A DNA stretch of 64,000 bases from Escherichia phage V18, in sequence record NC_041937.1; one strand, given 5' to 3'. The position numbers were made by a program, and so were the translations under genes. Shown here piece by piece: positions 45,090 to 53,720 of the stretch (within the stretch, counting starts at the first letter, position 1; every line of letters begins with the position of its first letter). The notes under the pieces were generated by a model. It was not told the DNA's origin. It saw only the letters and a list, made by a program, of their open reading frames with translations, and did no database searches.

Positions 45090-45401
45090 TTGGAAAGCTG
45101 TGCCGCAACTTCAAGATAGTGGTTGGATTATTACCATAAAAGGTCAAGGGTAAGCGGAGGAAGTTCCCGTAGAAGGGTGTGAGCATGTGCGGGAAATCTG
45201 TAATGGTGATCTGGAATATGGTGCAAACGATAGGATGAGTGATTCATCTCGTCGTGCCTGCTCTGAAAAATCCATTTTAGTTTTCGATCCATTTTCTGAT
45301 TTTCTAAGGATTTTAAAATATCCGGGCAGGTAAAATATCAAAAGGAGGAAATCCATTTTAGAAATCCCCCTTACACTTGATATGCCAGGAATTTTCAAGT
45401 A

Positions 45402-45728
45402 TCAGCTGTTTTTGTTTTTAGGTTTGTACATGCGCAGAGGTATGGTCGTAACAGTCCATCTCCCCAGCCCTTCCCAGTTCCAGTTGTAGGCATGGTACCC
45501 GGTTATGCATGCACTGCTAGAGTGGTCATAGGCATAAGAGAACGCTATACGCACCAAATGGAACCAGTCTTTCCACGGTTGTGGTCCGTAAGCTTTTCTC
45601 CAACACCGACACAAACTAAATGTCTCAAGAATAGGCAGGATAACAAATCCATACACCGCCACCAGAATAGCCAGCGCAATGATTGTCAGGAATACATACC
45701 CTGCAGTTGAAACGATGATCTCTGTCAT
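45402..45728 (-). CDS. membrane protein
   Basis: 108 aa; N-terminal YVFLTIIALAILVAVYGFVILPIL. Confidence 0.4.
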   Translation of the reverse strand: MTEIIVSTAGYVFLTIIALAILVAVYGFVILPILETFSLCRCWRKAYGPQPWKDWFHLVRIAFSYAYDHSSSACITGYHAYNWNWEGLGRWTVTTIPLRMYKPKNKNS

Positions 45729-45928
45729 TTGTCGTCCCCTTTCTTACGGATATAGATGTGAGAGCCTGCCTGTATATAAATTTCTCGACCATCTTCTGCA
45801 AAGATATGAAATACACGATCACCTTCATACTCGATACGTGATATCTTCATAATGGTCTTTCCACCTGGGATGCGGATCTCGTCCCCCACAGCGATGTTCC
45901 ATGCAGATTTAAGCTTAAACATCTGCAC
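45725..45928 (-). CDS. hypothetical small protein
   Basis: 67 aa ORF. Confidence 0.4.
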   Translation of the reverse strand: MQMFKLKSAWNIAVGDEIRIPGGKTIMKISRIEYEGDRVFHIFAEDGREIYIQAGSHIYIRKKGDDK

Positions 45929-46160
45929 CCTCCTTTGGGAGCTCTAACTCTGGCATAGCCATATACGCCACAACAGGGTTGTAATCAAAGTAGAAATGAC
46001 CGTTAATTATCCCAGTTTTGTGAGCATAGTCACCAGATCCTGCAAGAACAACCTCGCAAACTCCGAAATCCACCTTGCCATTCTCATCTGCCATGGCTAC
46101 AATATACTTTCCTAGAGGCATGTTTTTAACGCCGTCTACAAATGTCCACCCTTTGTTCAT
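45915..46160 (-). CDS. hypothetical protein
   Basis: 81 aa ORF. Confidence 0.4.
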   Translation of the reverse strand: MNKGWTFVDGVKNMPLGKYIVAMADENGKVDFGVCEVVLAGSGDYAHKTGIINGHFYFDYNPVVAYMAMPELELPKEGADV

Positions 46161-46180
46161 ACTTTATCTCCTGCATTCTC

Positions 46181-46513
46181 TTAAGGTAACCAGTAAACAA
46201 TCTCGCCTTTCAGCTTCATGTCGTTTCCAACATAAATTTGCCAGCCATCCATCTTAGCAGCTGCAGGCCCAAAGTCATCCGCACCCCTTACCTCTTTCCA
46301 GGTCCCGTAGTCAGGTTGCCAGATGTAAAATCCACCATCTTTATCCCATGCTCCGTACACTACGTTTAACAGGTTTCCCATTGCAACAATGGTGGGCCGT
46401 GGGAATAATACATCTACAGATGCGCCACAATTTCTGGTATCTTTTAAGTTGCAATCCCAAAAGATGTCTGCCAGTGTGGCGGCGATAGCTTTACGTCTTT
46501 CCAATGTTACCAT
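46181..46513 (-). CDS. hypothetical protein
   Basis: 110 aa ORF. Confidence 0.4.
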   Translation of the reverse strand: MVTLERRKAIAATLADIFWDCNLKDTRNCGASVDVLFPRPTIVAMGNLLNVVYGAWDKDGGFYIWQPDYGTWKEVRGADDFGPAAAKMDGWQIYVGNDMKLKGEIVYWLP

Positions 46514-46710
46514 ATCATACTCACTTTGTTAATAAGTTCTAAAACTTTCTGTCTTACTTTGTCAAGGTCTGTGGATTCAAAAACTGTACGGTATCCCCAA
46601 CTTTGCCCATAGGAGTGACTGCAATCCCCGTAGCACCATTGCTCAATTTGATAGTATTCAAGGAACGGGTGCTGTCTAACTATGATACCATCTCGGTTAA
46701 AAATTACCAT
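46507..46710 (-). CDS. hypothetical protein
   Basis: 67 aa ORF. Confidence 0.35.
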   Translation of the reverse strand: MVIFNRDGIIVRQHPFLEYYQIEQWCYGDCSHSYGQSWGYRTVFESTDLDKVRQKVLELINKVSMIW

Positions 46711-46773
46711 AATACATCGCTCTCTGTTAGTTTATGCGTATATTATACACTGCAGTCTTCAGATGTCAACCTC

Positions 46774-46968
46774 TTACAGATTGCTCCAGTACAATCGGCA
46801 TTTACATTTTGGGCAATGAGGTTCTTTTATGTAATAACCGTCAGTCTTTGGAACACTTTTTGGTGCAGTTTTAAGATTGTACCTGGTAAAACATCGGAAG
46901 CAGGTTACCTCTCCCACCTGTTGATCGTTGATCCACTCACCAGAGTAAAGTTCTTTCTTGTTTCTCAT
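46774..46968 (-). CDS. small zinc-ribbon protein
   Basis: RBS GGGAGAG before ATG 46968; CFRC...CPKCKC. Confidence 0.4.
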   Translation of the reverse strand: MRNKKELYSGEWINDQQVGEVTCFRCFTRYNLKTAPKSVPKTDGYYIKEPHCPKCKCRLYWSNL

Positions 46969-47164
46969 AATTCTCTCCCAAATCATCTGCAATCTTATAC
47001 CAAAATCTCCAGCCAGAAAGCACACGGGAACACTTTGAGGATTGAATCTTTACTTGGCTCGGAAGTTCTTTTCCGTATGGTAGGTAGAAATACCCTCCTG
47101 CAGATTCGAATATAGCTCCTTCGGTTGTATCTACCACAGCAAGAATTAAGATTTTAGTCTCCAC
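46937..47164 (-). CDS. hypothetical protein
   Basis: 75 aa; own promoter-like TTGACG-17-TATAGT upstream. Confidence 0.4.
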   Translation of the reverse strand: METKILILAVVDTTEGAIFESAGGYFYLPYGKELPSQVKIQSSKCSRVLSGWRFWYKIADDLGENYEKQERTLLW

Positions 47165-47252
47165 AGTGCTCTCCTCTCTTAGTTGTTGTGGAAACTATAT
47201 CACCTCAGAAGATGGTCGTCAACACTTTTAACCTTTCATGATTGAAAAGTAT

Positions 47253-47543
47253 TCAGCATTGGGTCCTGGGTAGAACTGGGTATACAGCTAGATTGCCATA
47301 AGCAGTCTCTTTGTCGGCTGCCAGTGCTTGAGGGAACTCACGGGCAATATCTTTCGCTATACCTGCACCCATTGTGTGAAAGCAGTTACAACCGTGGATC
47401 ATGTGGCCTGACCCTTTCTTGAAAATGGAGATTAGATCTCCCTTTACAGTATCAATAATCACGGTATGCCAACTCCTCTTCCGCAATTTCAAAAAACTCA
47501 GTCCAGCACTGTGGCATATTGGAGTTACCGAAGTGGCTTTCAT
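47253..47543 (-). CDS. short protein with TARG1/DarG-type macrodomain-like N-terminal motif (possibly truncated)
   Basis: VKGDL...HGCNCFHTMGAGIAKD resembles the TARG1 block VKGDL...HCISEDCRMGAGIA; only ~96 aa. Confidence 0.3.
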   Translation of the reverse strand: MKATSVTPICHSAGLSFLKLRKRSWHTVIIDTVKGDLISIFKKGSGHMIHGCNCFHTMGAGIAKDIAREFPQALAADKETAYGNLAVYPVLPRTQC

Positions 47544-47877
47544 AGTAAAGGTTCTCACCACTTGGAAGGTAGAAATCTGTTACCTCATAGAATCCACAAT
47601 CGTCGCACTCACCTTCTTCAAACTTGGCCTCAACCTTAATACCGAGGAAGGTAAAAAGTTTATGGATATCTTCAGTTTCGAACTCCCAGTGAATGTTGTT
47701 TTCCGCATCGGTATAGAACTGGATCAGCAGACCATTGTCCAGTTTACCAAAATACTCTGTGAAGTAACTTCCTTCCCAGAAATCTTTATGACAAATAATA
47801 TCCATGCGTTTACCCATAATAATGGTGTGAGCGTTTTGGGCATCGTCACGAATCAGTTTTGGCATTTCATAGCTCAT
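47452..47877 (-). CDS. hypothetical acidic protein
   Basis: 141 aa ORF. Confidence 0.4.
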   Translation of the reverse strand: MSYEMPKLIRDDAQNAHTIIMGKRMDIICHKDFWEGSYFTEYFGKLDNGLLIQFYTDAENNIHWEFETEDIHKLFTFLGIKVEAKFEEGECDDCGFYEVTDFYLPSGENLYYESHFGNSNMPQCWTEFFEIAEEELAYRDY

Positions 47878-47945
47878 CTTAGTTCTCCGGGTTCAACAGG
47901 TGGTGGCGCTACAGGAAGATCATAAAACATGGCTATCACAGTCTC

Positions 47946-48143
47946 TTACACAGGAATTGCTTCAAATAGACCGTTATCTATACCGTCCTTCAGGTAGAGG
48001 TTATATTCTATGTCGGTATCTGTATAAAGGGCAGCATCCAGCATTCTATCCGTGAGTCCATCCATCGGGGGGAGAAACCACCACCCACGCCAGTCAAAGT
48101 AACAGCCTGGTGCATCTTCTCTTACACGGATTCGATAAATCAT
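47946..48143 (-). CDS. hypothetical protein
   Basis: 65 aa ORF. Confidence 0.35.
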   Translation of the reverse strand: MIYRIRVREDAPGCYFDWRGWWFLPPMDGLTDRMLDAALYTDTDIEYNLYLKDGIDNGLFEAIPV

Positions 48144-48239
48144 GAGCAGTGGCCTCCTGTTAGTTATACATCCCAGTTTTCTTCGTTCATCACGTCCTCC
48201 CGTTCTATGAAGTTATAATTGCACACCTTTCAACCTGTG

Positions 48240-48656
48240 TCAACAGAAAACTTCAACAAATTCTTCCACAGTTTTAATGTCGTGGGAAAAAGGTTTACGG
48301 CTATAACGGGCAATAGCACTATCAACCACCGCCCGGTACTCCAAATCTTCAGAATATTTCATGAAGCATTGTAGCGTCTCTGGACAGATAGCTAAATAGC
48401 TCCACCACCCCTCTTCAGATTGGTAGTCGAATCCCATACTCTCCAACCATGAAGCATATACGCCTGCACCCTCAAGCCAGTGAGTGTTTTCATCCAGGAA
48501 CTTGTTAACAGACATGTGGGCTTCCAAGCATTTATCCAACTCTTTTCCGTTAACCAGCCACGCACTGACCGTGGCGCATCCAAGGTCTACAGATTGAGTT
48601 GACAGGTTGTATTGGTCATAGTTCTCAGGCTTAACAATGATATCTTCTAATGTCAT
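48240..48656 (-). CDS. hypothetical protein
   Basis: 138 aa ORF. Confidence 0.4.
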   Translation of the reverse strand: MTLEDIIVKPENYDQYNLSTQSVDLGCATVSAWLVNGKELDKCLEAHMSVNKFLDENTHWLEGAGVYASWLESMGFDYQSEEGWWSYLAICPETLQCFMKYSEDLEYRAVVDSAIARYSRKPFSHDIKTVEEFVEVFC

Positions 48657-48718
48657 TTTTCAGATCTCCTTATACAAAAATGCCCCACCCTTTCGGGCAG
48701 GGCTATGTCAGTTAGGTG

Positions 48719-49153
48719 CTAAAAGTATTCATAGAAGTATCCATCTGGAGCTGGAATTTTTTCATGAATGTAGTAACCAATATATATTCCGGTTTCTCTG
48801 CTACAAGAGTTGTGGGATACCCATTCTTTAAGAACGTTACCATTCATGTCCAACCTCCTTACATTTTTGCACCGTCTACCGCTGGTGCTTCTATGCAACA
48901 GAATATCCTCCGTCTGCTTATCTTTATTTTCTCCCCAAGTCGTTAAACGGATATTATCAAAAGAGTACCCTTTGAAATCATCTATCCTGTCACAAGAAGG
49001 CTTTTTCCTTTTGTCGTATCCGCTGGCTACCCACTGATCATACAACTCTTTGTAACCGTTTAGGTATAGCCACTCCTTAAACTCTTTTTTGGTGTAAGTC
49101 GGAGGAGGGTGACCTCTTTGCTTGCTGTTGCACTTTTGAGCCTTGTACAACAC
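48719..49153 (-). CDS. putative HNH-family endonuclease
   Basis: PSCDRIDDFKGYSFDNIRLTTWGEN resembles the HNH_3 core (DxID...DN...EN). Confidence 0.35.
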   Translation of the reverse strand: MLYKAQKCNSKQRGHPPPTYTKKEFKEWLYLNGYKELYDQWVASGYDKRKKPSCDRIDDFKGYSFDNIRLTTWGENKDKQTEDILLHRSTSGRRCKNVRRLDMNGNVLKEWVSHNSCSRETGIYIGYYIHEKIPAPDGYFYEYF

Positions 49154-49263
49154 ACGTATTACACCTTTTTCTGAAGAGTCTTTAGCAAATTGGTCAGCCT
49201 CCCTGCTGGCCTTCTTGCAACACTCTTTGCACGTTGATTTGTTGCTGGTATAGAAGTCGGACC

Positions 49264-50490
49264 TTAGAAAGGGATCGAGTCATCGAACTCATACTGTGCT
49301 GGATTCTGATCCATTGGGTCATCTTCCTCATCATTTACAGGAGGAGCGTCTACAGTGTTTTGCTGTGGAGCTGCTTCCTGTTTGGCAGCTTGAGGTTCTT
49401 GATGGTCAGTGGACCCAGCACCGTTCTTGATCCAATCGTACAACGGCTCAGCCAGATTAGTCAAGACATCTTTTGCTTCTGCAGTAATTGCCGCTGCAAA
49501 ATCATCAACTTTCGTTTTCTTGTCAATACGGCGACAAGCGTTCAACACCGCATTGCCGACACTGGCACCTACTTCATCTTCAGTTCGGTTGGTGGCTTGA
49601 GCATACTCTTTCTTAAGCTCAATGGTGACTACGTGCAGTGTTTTAGCCACGCCTAGTGGGTCGTCCACCTTAAACCCGCGATCCAGGATGATCTGCAACG
49701 CATTGATGCTATGTCCCGTCTCCACACCGATAGGGTCGTAAGAGGATTTACGCTTGCCACCAGAGCCTTGAGTGCCGTTCTCTGCCTTAGGAGGATAGGC
49801 CTTGAAACCACTGATAATGTTTCCGGTGTCTTTGTCAACAATGGCTGCAACACGACCACCTACCACCAGGTCTTTAAGCTGCTCATCAGTGACAACCATA
49901 GCACCTTCGCCAATCTTGTGGTCATTAACAGTAACCACGTTGCCAACAATCTGAGTCACATCACCATAGATGCGTAAAACGTCCTGATTGGCATTCTGCT
50001 GAGGTTTCTGCTTCTGGCCTTGTGATTGTGCACCTTGTTGCTGTTTTTGCTGCTGAGTCGCTGCTGGAGCCTCTCCTGCACCCAGCTTAACCATCTTAGC
50101 CAGTGAGCCTTTGTAATAGGTCTTACCGTTATGCTCGTTTGCCTTCAAAGGGATATTTACGATCCATCCTGGCGTTACGGTTTCCCACTTGTCATCAATC
50201 TTAACAGAGACAGAGTCTTGATGACCCGGTTTAAGCAGTTTATCACCCATGCTGATCCAGACTTCTTCACCACCTTGAAGCAGGTTATCAGAGGAATCCA
50301 GTTCAGAAATCAGTAAAGAGATGGTGTGGCTGGATTCAATTTTCTTACCTTGCCACACAGTGGTTTTAATACCTGTTGTAGGATCAGTACCTTTGATAGG
50401 CTTGATGCTGACACGTTTAATCATGCCGTGAGCCAGTAAAACAGTTTCACGCGGATTCATCGGGTTAGCGAATTGTTGAATAACGCTCAT
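49264..50490 (-). CDS. SSB-like protein with conserved acidic C-terminal tip
   Basis: 408 aa; Gln-rich linker; C-terminus EFDDSIPF like bacterial SSB DFDDDIPF. Confidence 0.5.
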   Translation of the reverse strand: MSVIQQFANPMNPRETVLLAHGMIKRVSIKPIKGTDPTTGIKTTVWQGKKIESSHTISLLISELDSSDNLLQGGEEVWISMGDKLLKPGHQDSVSVKIDDKWETVTPGWIVNIPLKANEHNGKTYYKGSLAKMVKLGAGEAPAATQQQKQQQGAQSQGQKQKPQQNANQDVLRIYGDVTQIVGNVVTVNDHKIGEGAMVVTDEQLKDLVVGGRVAAIVDKDTGNIISGFKAYPPKAENGTQGSGGKRKSSYDPIGVETGHSINALQIILDRGFKVDDPLGVAKTLHVVTIELKKEYAQATNRTEDEVGASVGNAVLNACRRIDKKTKVDDFAAAITAEAKDVLTNLAEPLYDWIKNGAGSTDHQEPQAAKQEAAPQQNTVDAPPVNDEEDDPMDQNPAQYEFDDSIPF

Positions 50491-50855
50491 TATTTGTCTC
50501 CTTGTTCTTCGTTAGTGTTTGCCGTGTGTGCAAACCCTGCCTGAATTAATTTGTCCTGAACTTGAGCCAACAGGCCCATTGCAAAACTTGTGGTCCCAGA
50601 GAGAGCCATCAGCATATCTCGTTGTTGAGCTACCCAACCTAAGGCATAGTCCAAACGACGATATTTTTCTTCTTCGCGCAGAGCCTGAAATAATTGTTCA
50701 GCCTCCGGTTGTTGTGTGAGCTCCTGAAGTCTTCCCATGAAAGAAGAAAGCACTAGCAAAAGAGACACTTGATCTTTACTTAACCCTAAGAAAAATTCTT
50801 GAGGTTGTTCTTGCTCGTTCATTGCAACCGACGTTTGATCGTTCATTTGTTCCAT
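50490..50855 (-). CDS. hypothetical protein
   Basis: 121 aa ORF. Confidence 0.4.
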   Translation of the reverse strand: MEQMNDQTSVAMNEQEQPQEFFLGLSKDQVSLLLVLSSFMGRLQELTQQPEAEQLFQALREEEKYRRLDYALGWVAQQRDMLMALSGTTSFAMGLLAQVQDKLIQAGFAHTANTNEEQGDK

Positions 50856-50938
50856 TATGGAATCTCCGATTTTATTTGAACAACATAGAAGGAGACACTA
50901 TTTTAGCATCCCCTTCTGCAAATTACAATAGGTATTTG

Positions 50939-51184
50939 TTAGCCAATCACTTCAAAAGTTCCCCAATTCCCGTCCAGCAGGCAGGTGATCGGATCCCCAT
51001 CGTCGTCAAAGATTTCAAAGTTTTCAGCATCCAGGATGTGACCCTCGAACACGATACTTTCGTCTCCACCACCAGAAATAACAGCGTATTCCTTACCTTG
51101 AGTCAAGTTTTGACACCCTTTGCCACCAAAACCTACTTCAACACAACGTACTTTCTGTCCTGCGCGAGCAACTGCTTCAGTCAT
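50939..51184 (-). CDS. hypothetical protein
   Basis: 81 aa ORF. Confidence 0.4.
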   Translation of the reverse strand: MTEAVARAGQKVRCVEVGFGGKGCQNLTQGKEYAVISGGGDESIVFEGHILDAENFEIFDDDGDPITCLLDGNWGTFEVIG

Positions 51185-51201
51185 CTTAAGGTCTCCTGAT
51201 A

Positions 51202-51522
51202 TTAATCGTCAAGTTCAAAATAGATTTTAACAGCTTCATCAAAGATTGGAATCCCGATGTTGTTGATAAGCTGCCAAACTACCATATCTTTACCTGGATC
51301 TGGGAGAATGTCAACCTTTCTCCATGCGCTGTATACCCAGTTCGGACCGCCTTCTGCACTAACTGGCAGATTTTCACCAGCTTCTTGTAGATACTTATAC
51401 AGCAAAAGATATTCTGGATACTCTAGAACACTGTCCTCTGTAGTATATAGCAGTTCACGGTATACTTTTAAGAACCCTGCTGGGGTAATGTTTTCAGTCT
51501 TCATTTGCCGCTTCTCCTGCAT
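51202..51522 (-). CDS. hypothetical protein
   Basis: 106 aa ORF. Confidence 0.4.
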   Translation of the reverse strand: MQEKRQMKTENITPAGFLKVYRELLYTTEDSVLEYPEYLLLYKYLQEAGENLPVSAEGGPNWVYSAWRKVDILPDPGKDMVVWQLINNIGIPIFDEAVKIYFELDD

Positions 51523-51676
51523 TCATCAGGTCTGCCATAGCGTCACCCACGAAGAGGACAACCACATCGTTGACAGCGTCAGCATCATCTTTGTTGACGT
51601 TGCTGAATTTAGGACACACAGCAATGATCATATAGACACCGTTACCAACCTGAACTGTCCGTGTGGTGCACATCAT
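51494..51676 (-). CDS. hypothetical protein
   Basis: 60 aa ORF starting ATGATG. Confidence 0.35.
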   Translation of the reverse strand: MMCTTRTVQVGNGVYMIIAVCPKFSNVNKDDADAVNDVVVLFVGDAMADLMNAGEAANED

Positions 51677-51882
51677 GGCGGTATTTGTGCCTTCTTTGAA
51701 GGCGAAGCTTGAAGACGCTCCTCTAAAGTGTTACCGGTAGATTTCAGAAGCGCCAGCTCGTCCAAGGCATAGATGATATCTCCGGAAGTTAGTGTTGCCT
51801 TGCCATCAGACACCATAATCACTCCATCAGCACCGTCAAGCTTAGAGGCTTCAAAGATATCAATATCCCAAATATTTTTCAT
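51673..51882 (-). CDS. hypothetical protein
   Basis: 69 aa ORF, ATGA coupling. Confidence 0.35.
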   Translation of the reverse strand: MKNIWDIDIFEASKLDGADGVIMVSDGKATLTSGDIIYALDELALLKSTGNTLEERLQASPSKKAQIPP

Positions 51883-52214
51883 TACGCTTCCTCGTCGTCT
51901 AAGTAATCATCAAGAGAGGTGAAGATTTCACCGAAGTATTCTAAGATTTCTAGCTCACGTGTGGTGCAGCAAACATAATCTCCTTGGTCGTCCTTAATAG
52001 TGGCCTCTTTACCCAGAACATCTACTTCAAATTCATCGTTCAGCAGGACGGCCCCTGTGTAAACTTTGTCAGCTGTGCAGTCCCGAAAAGCAGAGTCCTT
52101 TTCCAGATAGTCTGGCTTAACCTTGGCTTTAATTCGTTGATATTGTTTGGTCATTGCTGTGGTCTCCTTTCGTTTTGATAGGGCCATTATATTAGGCCCC
52201 ATCACTGTTGTCAA
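51882..52214 (-). CDS. hypothetical protein (paralog of 52218-52472)
   Basis: shared KP(D/E)...D-AF(R/K)DCT...KDD(Q/E)GD. Confidence 0.4.
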   Translation of the reverse strand: MTTVMGPNIMALSKRKETTAMTKQYQRIKAKVKPDYLEKDSAFRDCTADKVYTGAVLLNDEFEVDVLGKEATIKDDQGDYVCCTTRELEILEYFGEIFTSLDDYLDDEEA

Positions 52215-52217
52215 GTA

Positions 52218-52472
52218 TTAATGTTCAGGTTTTACAAAAACTACTTCATTAACAGTGCACCAGACAGAGTCTCCTTCGTCATCTTTAAAGGTAAGGCACT
52301 GTGCTGAGTTTTCCAGCTCATCAATCTCTTCTTGTGATAAAGGGGCCCCTTCTTCCAGAAGGGCTTTTACCAGAGGGTTCTCACAAAACTCTGCTTCATA
52401 AATTGCACCGACTGTGCAATCTTTAAAAGCTCGGTCATTTGCAACGCATTCTGGCTTCAAAGTAATTTTCAT
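52218..52472 (-). CDS. hypothetical protein (paralog of 51882-52214)
   Basis: 84 aa; tandem paralog. Confidence 0.4.
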   Translation of the reverse strand: MKITLKPECVANDRAFKDCTVGAIYEAEFCENPLVKALLEEGAPLSQEEIDELENSAQCLTFKDDEGDSVWCTVNEVVFVKPEH

Positions 52473-52548
52473 CTTGGCAGTCTCCTTAGTTATTTAAAAA
52501 TCAACGCTCTGTTTGTGTGAAGCATCTTATATCTAATCTTACTTCTTG

Positions 52549-52947
52549 TCAATGACTATTTTCAATCAGCCACACAGGGTCGAGGTAGATTTGTTGGCGT
52601 GTTGCCCAATGACAAACTTCATTGTACATCTGCACCTCTTTGTCTGTCAATTCACGAATAGGCTCATCTATACCCTCATTTTTGTGGTAATCCCAGTCGG
52701 CATCGATTTCCCACAGCCATGACTTGTTGTCACCACGCTTACGCACACAGAAGTCACCAGGACGGCCTGCCAGTGCATTTAAGAACTCGTTCTCTGCTCG
52801 CTCTTGAAGAATGCTAAGGAGCAAAACGTTGGAGCATGACCGTAAAATATGCTTCAGCTCACAATCATCAATCTCAACTTCAATACGTTGTTTGACTGTG
52901 TGGGTACCTTTTACTAACATCCTACCTCCTCTAAACGAACTCTGCAA
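52549..52947 (-). CDS. hypothetical protein
   Basis: 132 aa ORF. Confidence 0.4.
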   Translation of the reverse strand: MQSSFRGGRMLVKGTHTVKQRIEVEIDDCELKHILRSCSNVLLLSILQERAENEFLNALAGRPGDFCVRKRGDNKSWLWEIDADWDYHKNEGIDEPIRELTDKEVQMYNEVCHWATRQQIYLDPVWLIENSH

Positions 52948-53125
52948 GGGTTGTGTTGTTCACTGCACCACAGTAAATGGAGTATCCCAGCCCATTAGAG
53001 TGCAGAAACCACGGCGTGCCGAAATTATCTTTCACGTAGACATCGCCGTTGCTTGTAAAGGGCCAATATTCTTCACCAAGGGTGAAATACCTACTCATAC
53101 CCTCAGCCAGATACTTTACTTTCAT
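52931..53125 (-). CDS. small protein of a tandem paralog family
   Basis: LGEEYWPFTSNGDVYVKDNFGTPWFLHSNG. Confidence 0.4.
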   Translation of the reverse strand: MKVKYLAEGMSRYFTLGEEYWPFTSNGDVYVKDNFGTPWFLHSNGLGYSIYCGAVNNTTLAEFV

Positions 53126-53349
53126 AGGTCCTCTTCAACAGCTACAAACTTGGCAAGCAGGGTGGTTCCGTAGATATGATACTCACCGTTTGCCAGATGG
53201 GAGATAAACCAGGCAATCCCTTCCTCGTCTTTAATCATCTTGTTTGCACGATTTTTATCGTAATAAACCTCGTAGGTCTTTCCTTCTTTAAAGAAGGACA
53301 GGTCTGTCATCTTTTCTTCTACAAAAGTAGCTTTAACCAAAGTTGTCAT
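53122..53349 (-). CDS. small protein of a tandem paralog family
   Basis: EGKTYEVYYDKNRANKMIKDEEGIAWFISHL. Confidence 0.4.
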   Translation of the reverse strand: MTTLVKATFVEEKMTDLSFFKEGKTYEVYYDKNRANKMIKDEEGIAWFISHLANGEYHIYGTTLLAKFVAVEEDL

Positions 53350-53720
53350 TGATCGGTCTCCTTCTTGTTAAGTCTGAATACTGCAATAATAGCATTCCCA
53401 AGGTGCAGTGTCAAATCATTTCCAAGATACCACAGCATCCCACGGTCATCTTTAATGAAAGGGTAACAATCTGGTGCCTTCCAGACATTGTACACTTTGC
53501 CAACCTGAAAGAAATCAGGCCCTGTTGGGATTTTAGTTCCAGGCCACACTTGAGATACCTGAACACATTCCACCTGCATAATAACAGGGATAGTCATGGA
53601 TGTAAATGTTTTTGTTGGTTCTACTACCATAAAAGTCTCCTCTTTGCTCAACAACACTTCCATGTGTTGATAGTTTACATTAGTGACAATCACCCCAATT
53701 ACGACCACACAAGTATTCAC
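53346..53720 (-). CDS. small protein of a tandem paralog family
   Basis: VGKVYNVWKAPDCYPFIKDDRGMLWYLGND. Confidence 0.4.
   Translation of the reverse strand: MNTCVVVIGVIVTNVNYQHMEVLLSKEETFMVVEPTKTFTSMTIPVIMQVECVQVSQVWPGTKIPTGPDFFQVGKVYNVWKAPDCYPFIKDDRGMLWYLGNDLTLHLGNAIIAVFRLNKKETDQ

Noticed and set aside
46774-47164. ORFs 46937-47164 and 46774-47025 as a continuation of the macrodomain-like gene
   Set aside because: Each has its own RBS (and 46937-47164 its own promoter-like site), so they are separate small genes.
51494-51882. ORFs 51494-51676 and 51673-51882 as one frameshifted gene
   Set aside because: The junction is an ATGA-type stop/start overlap with an in-frame ATGATG start, consistent with two translationally coupled genes.
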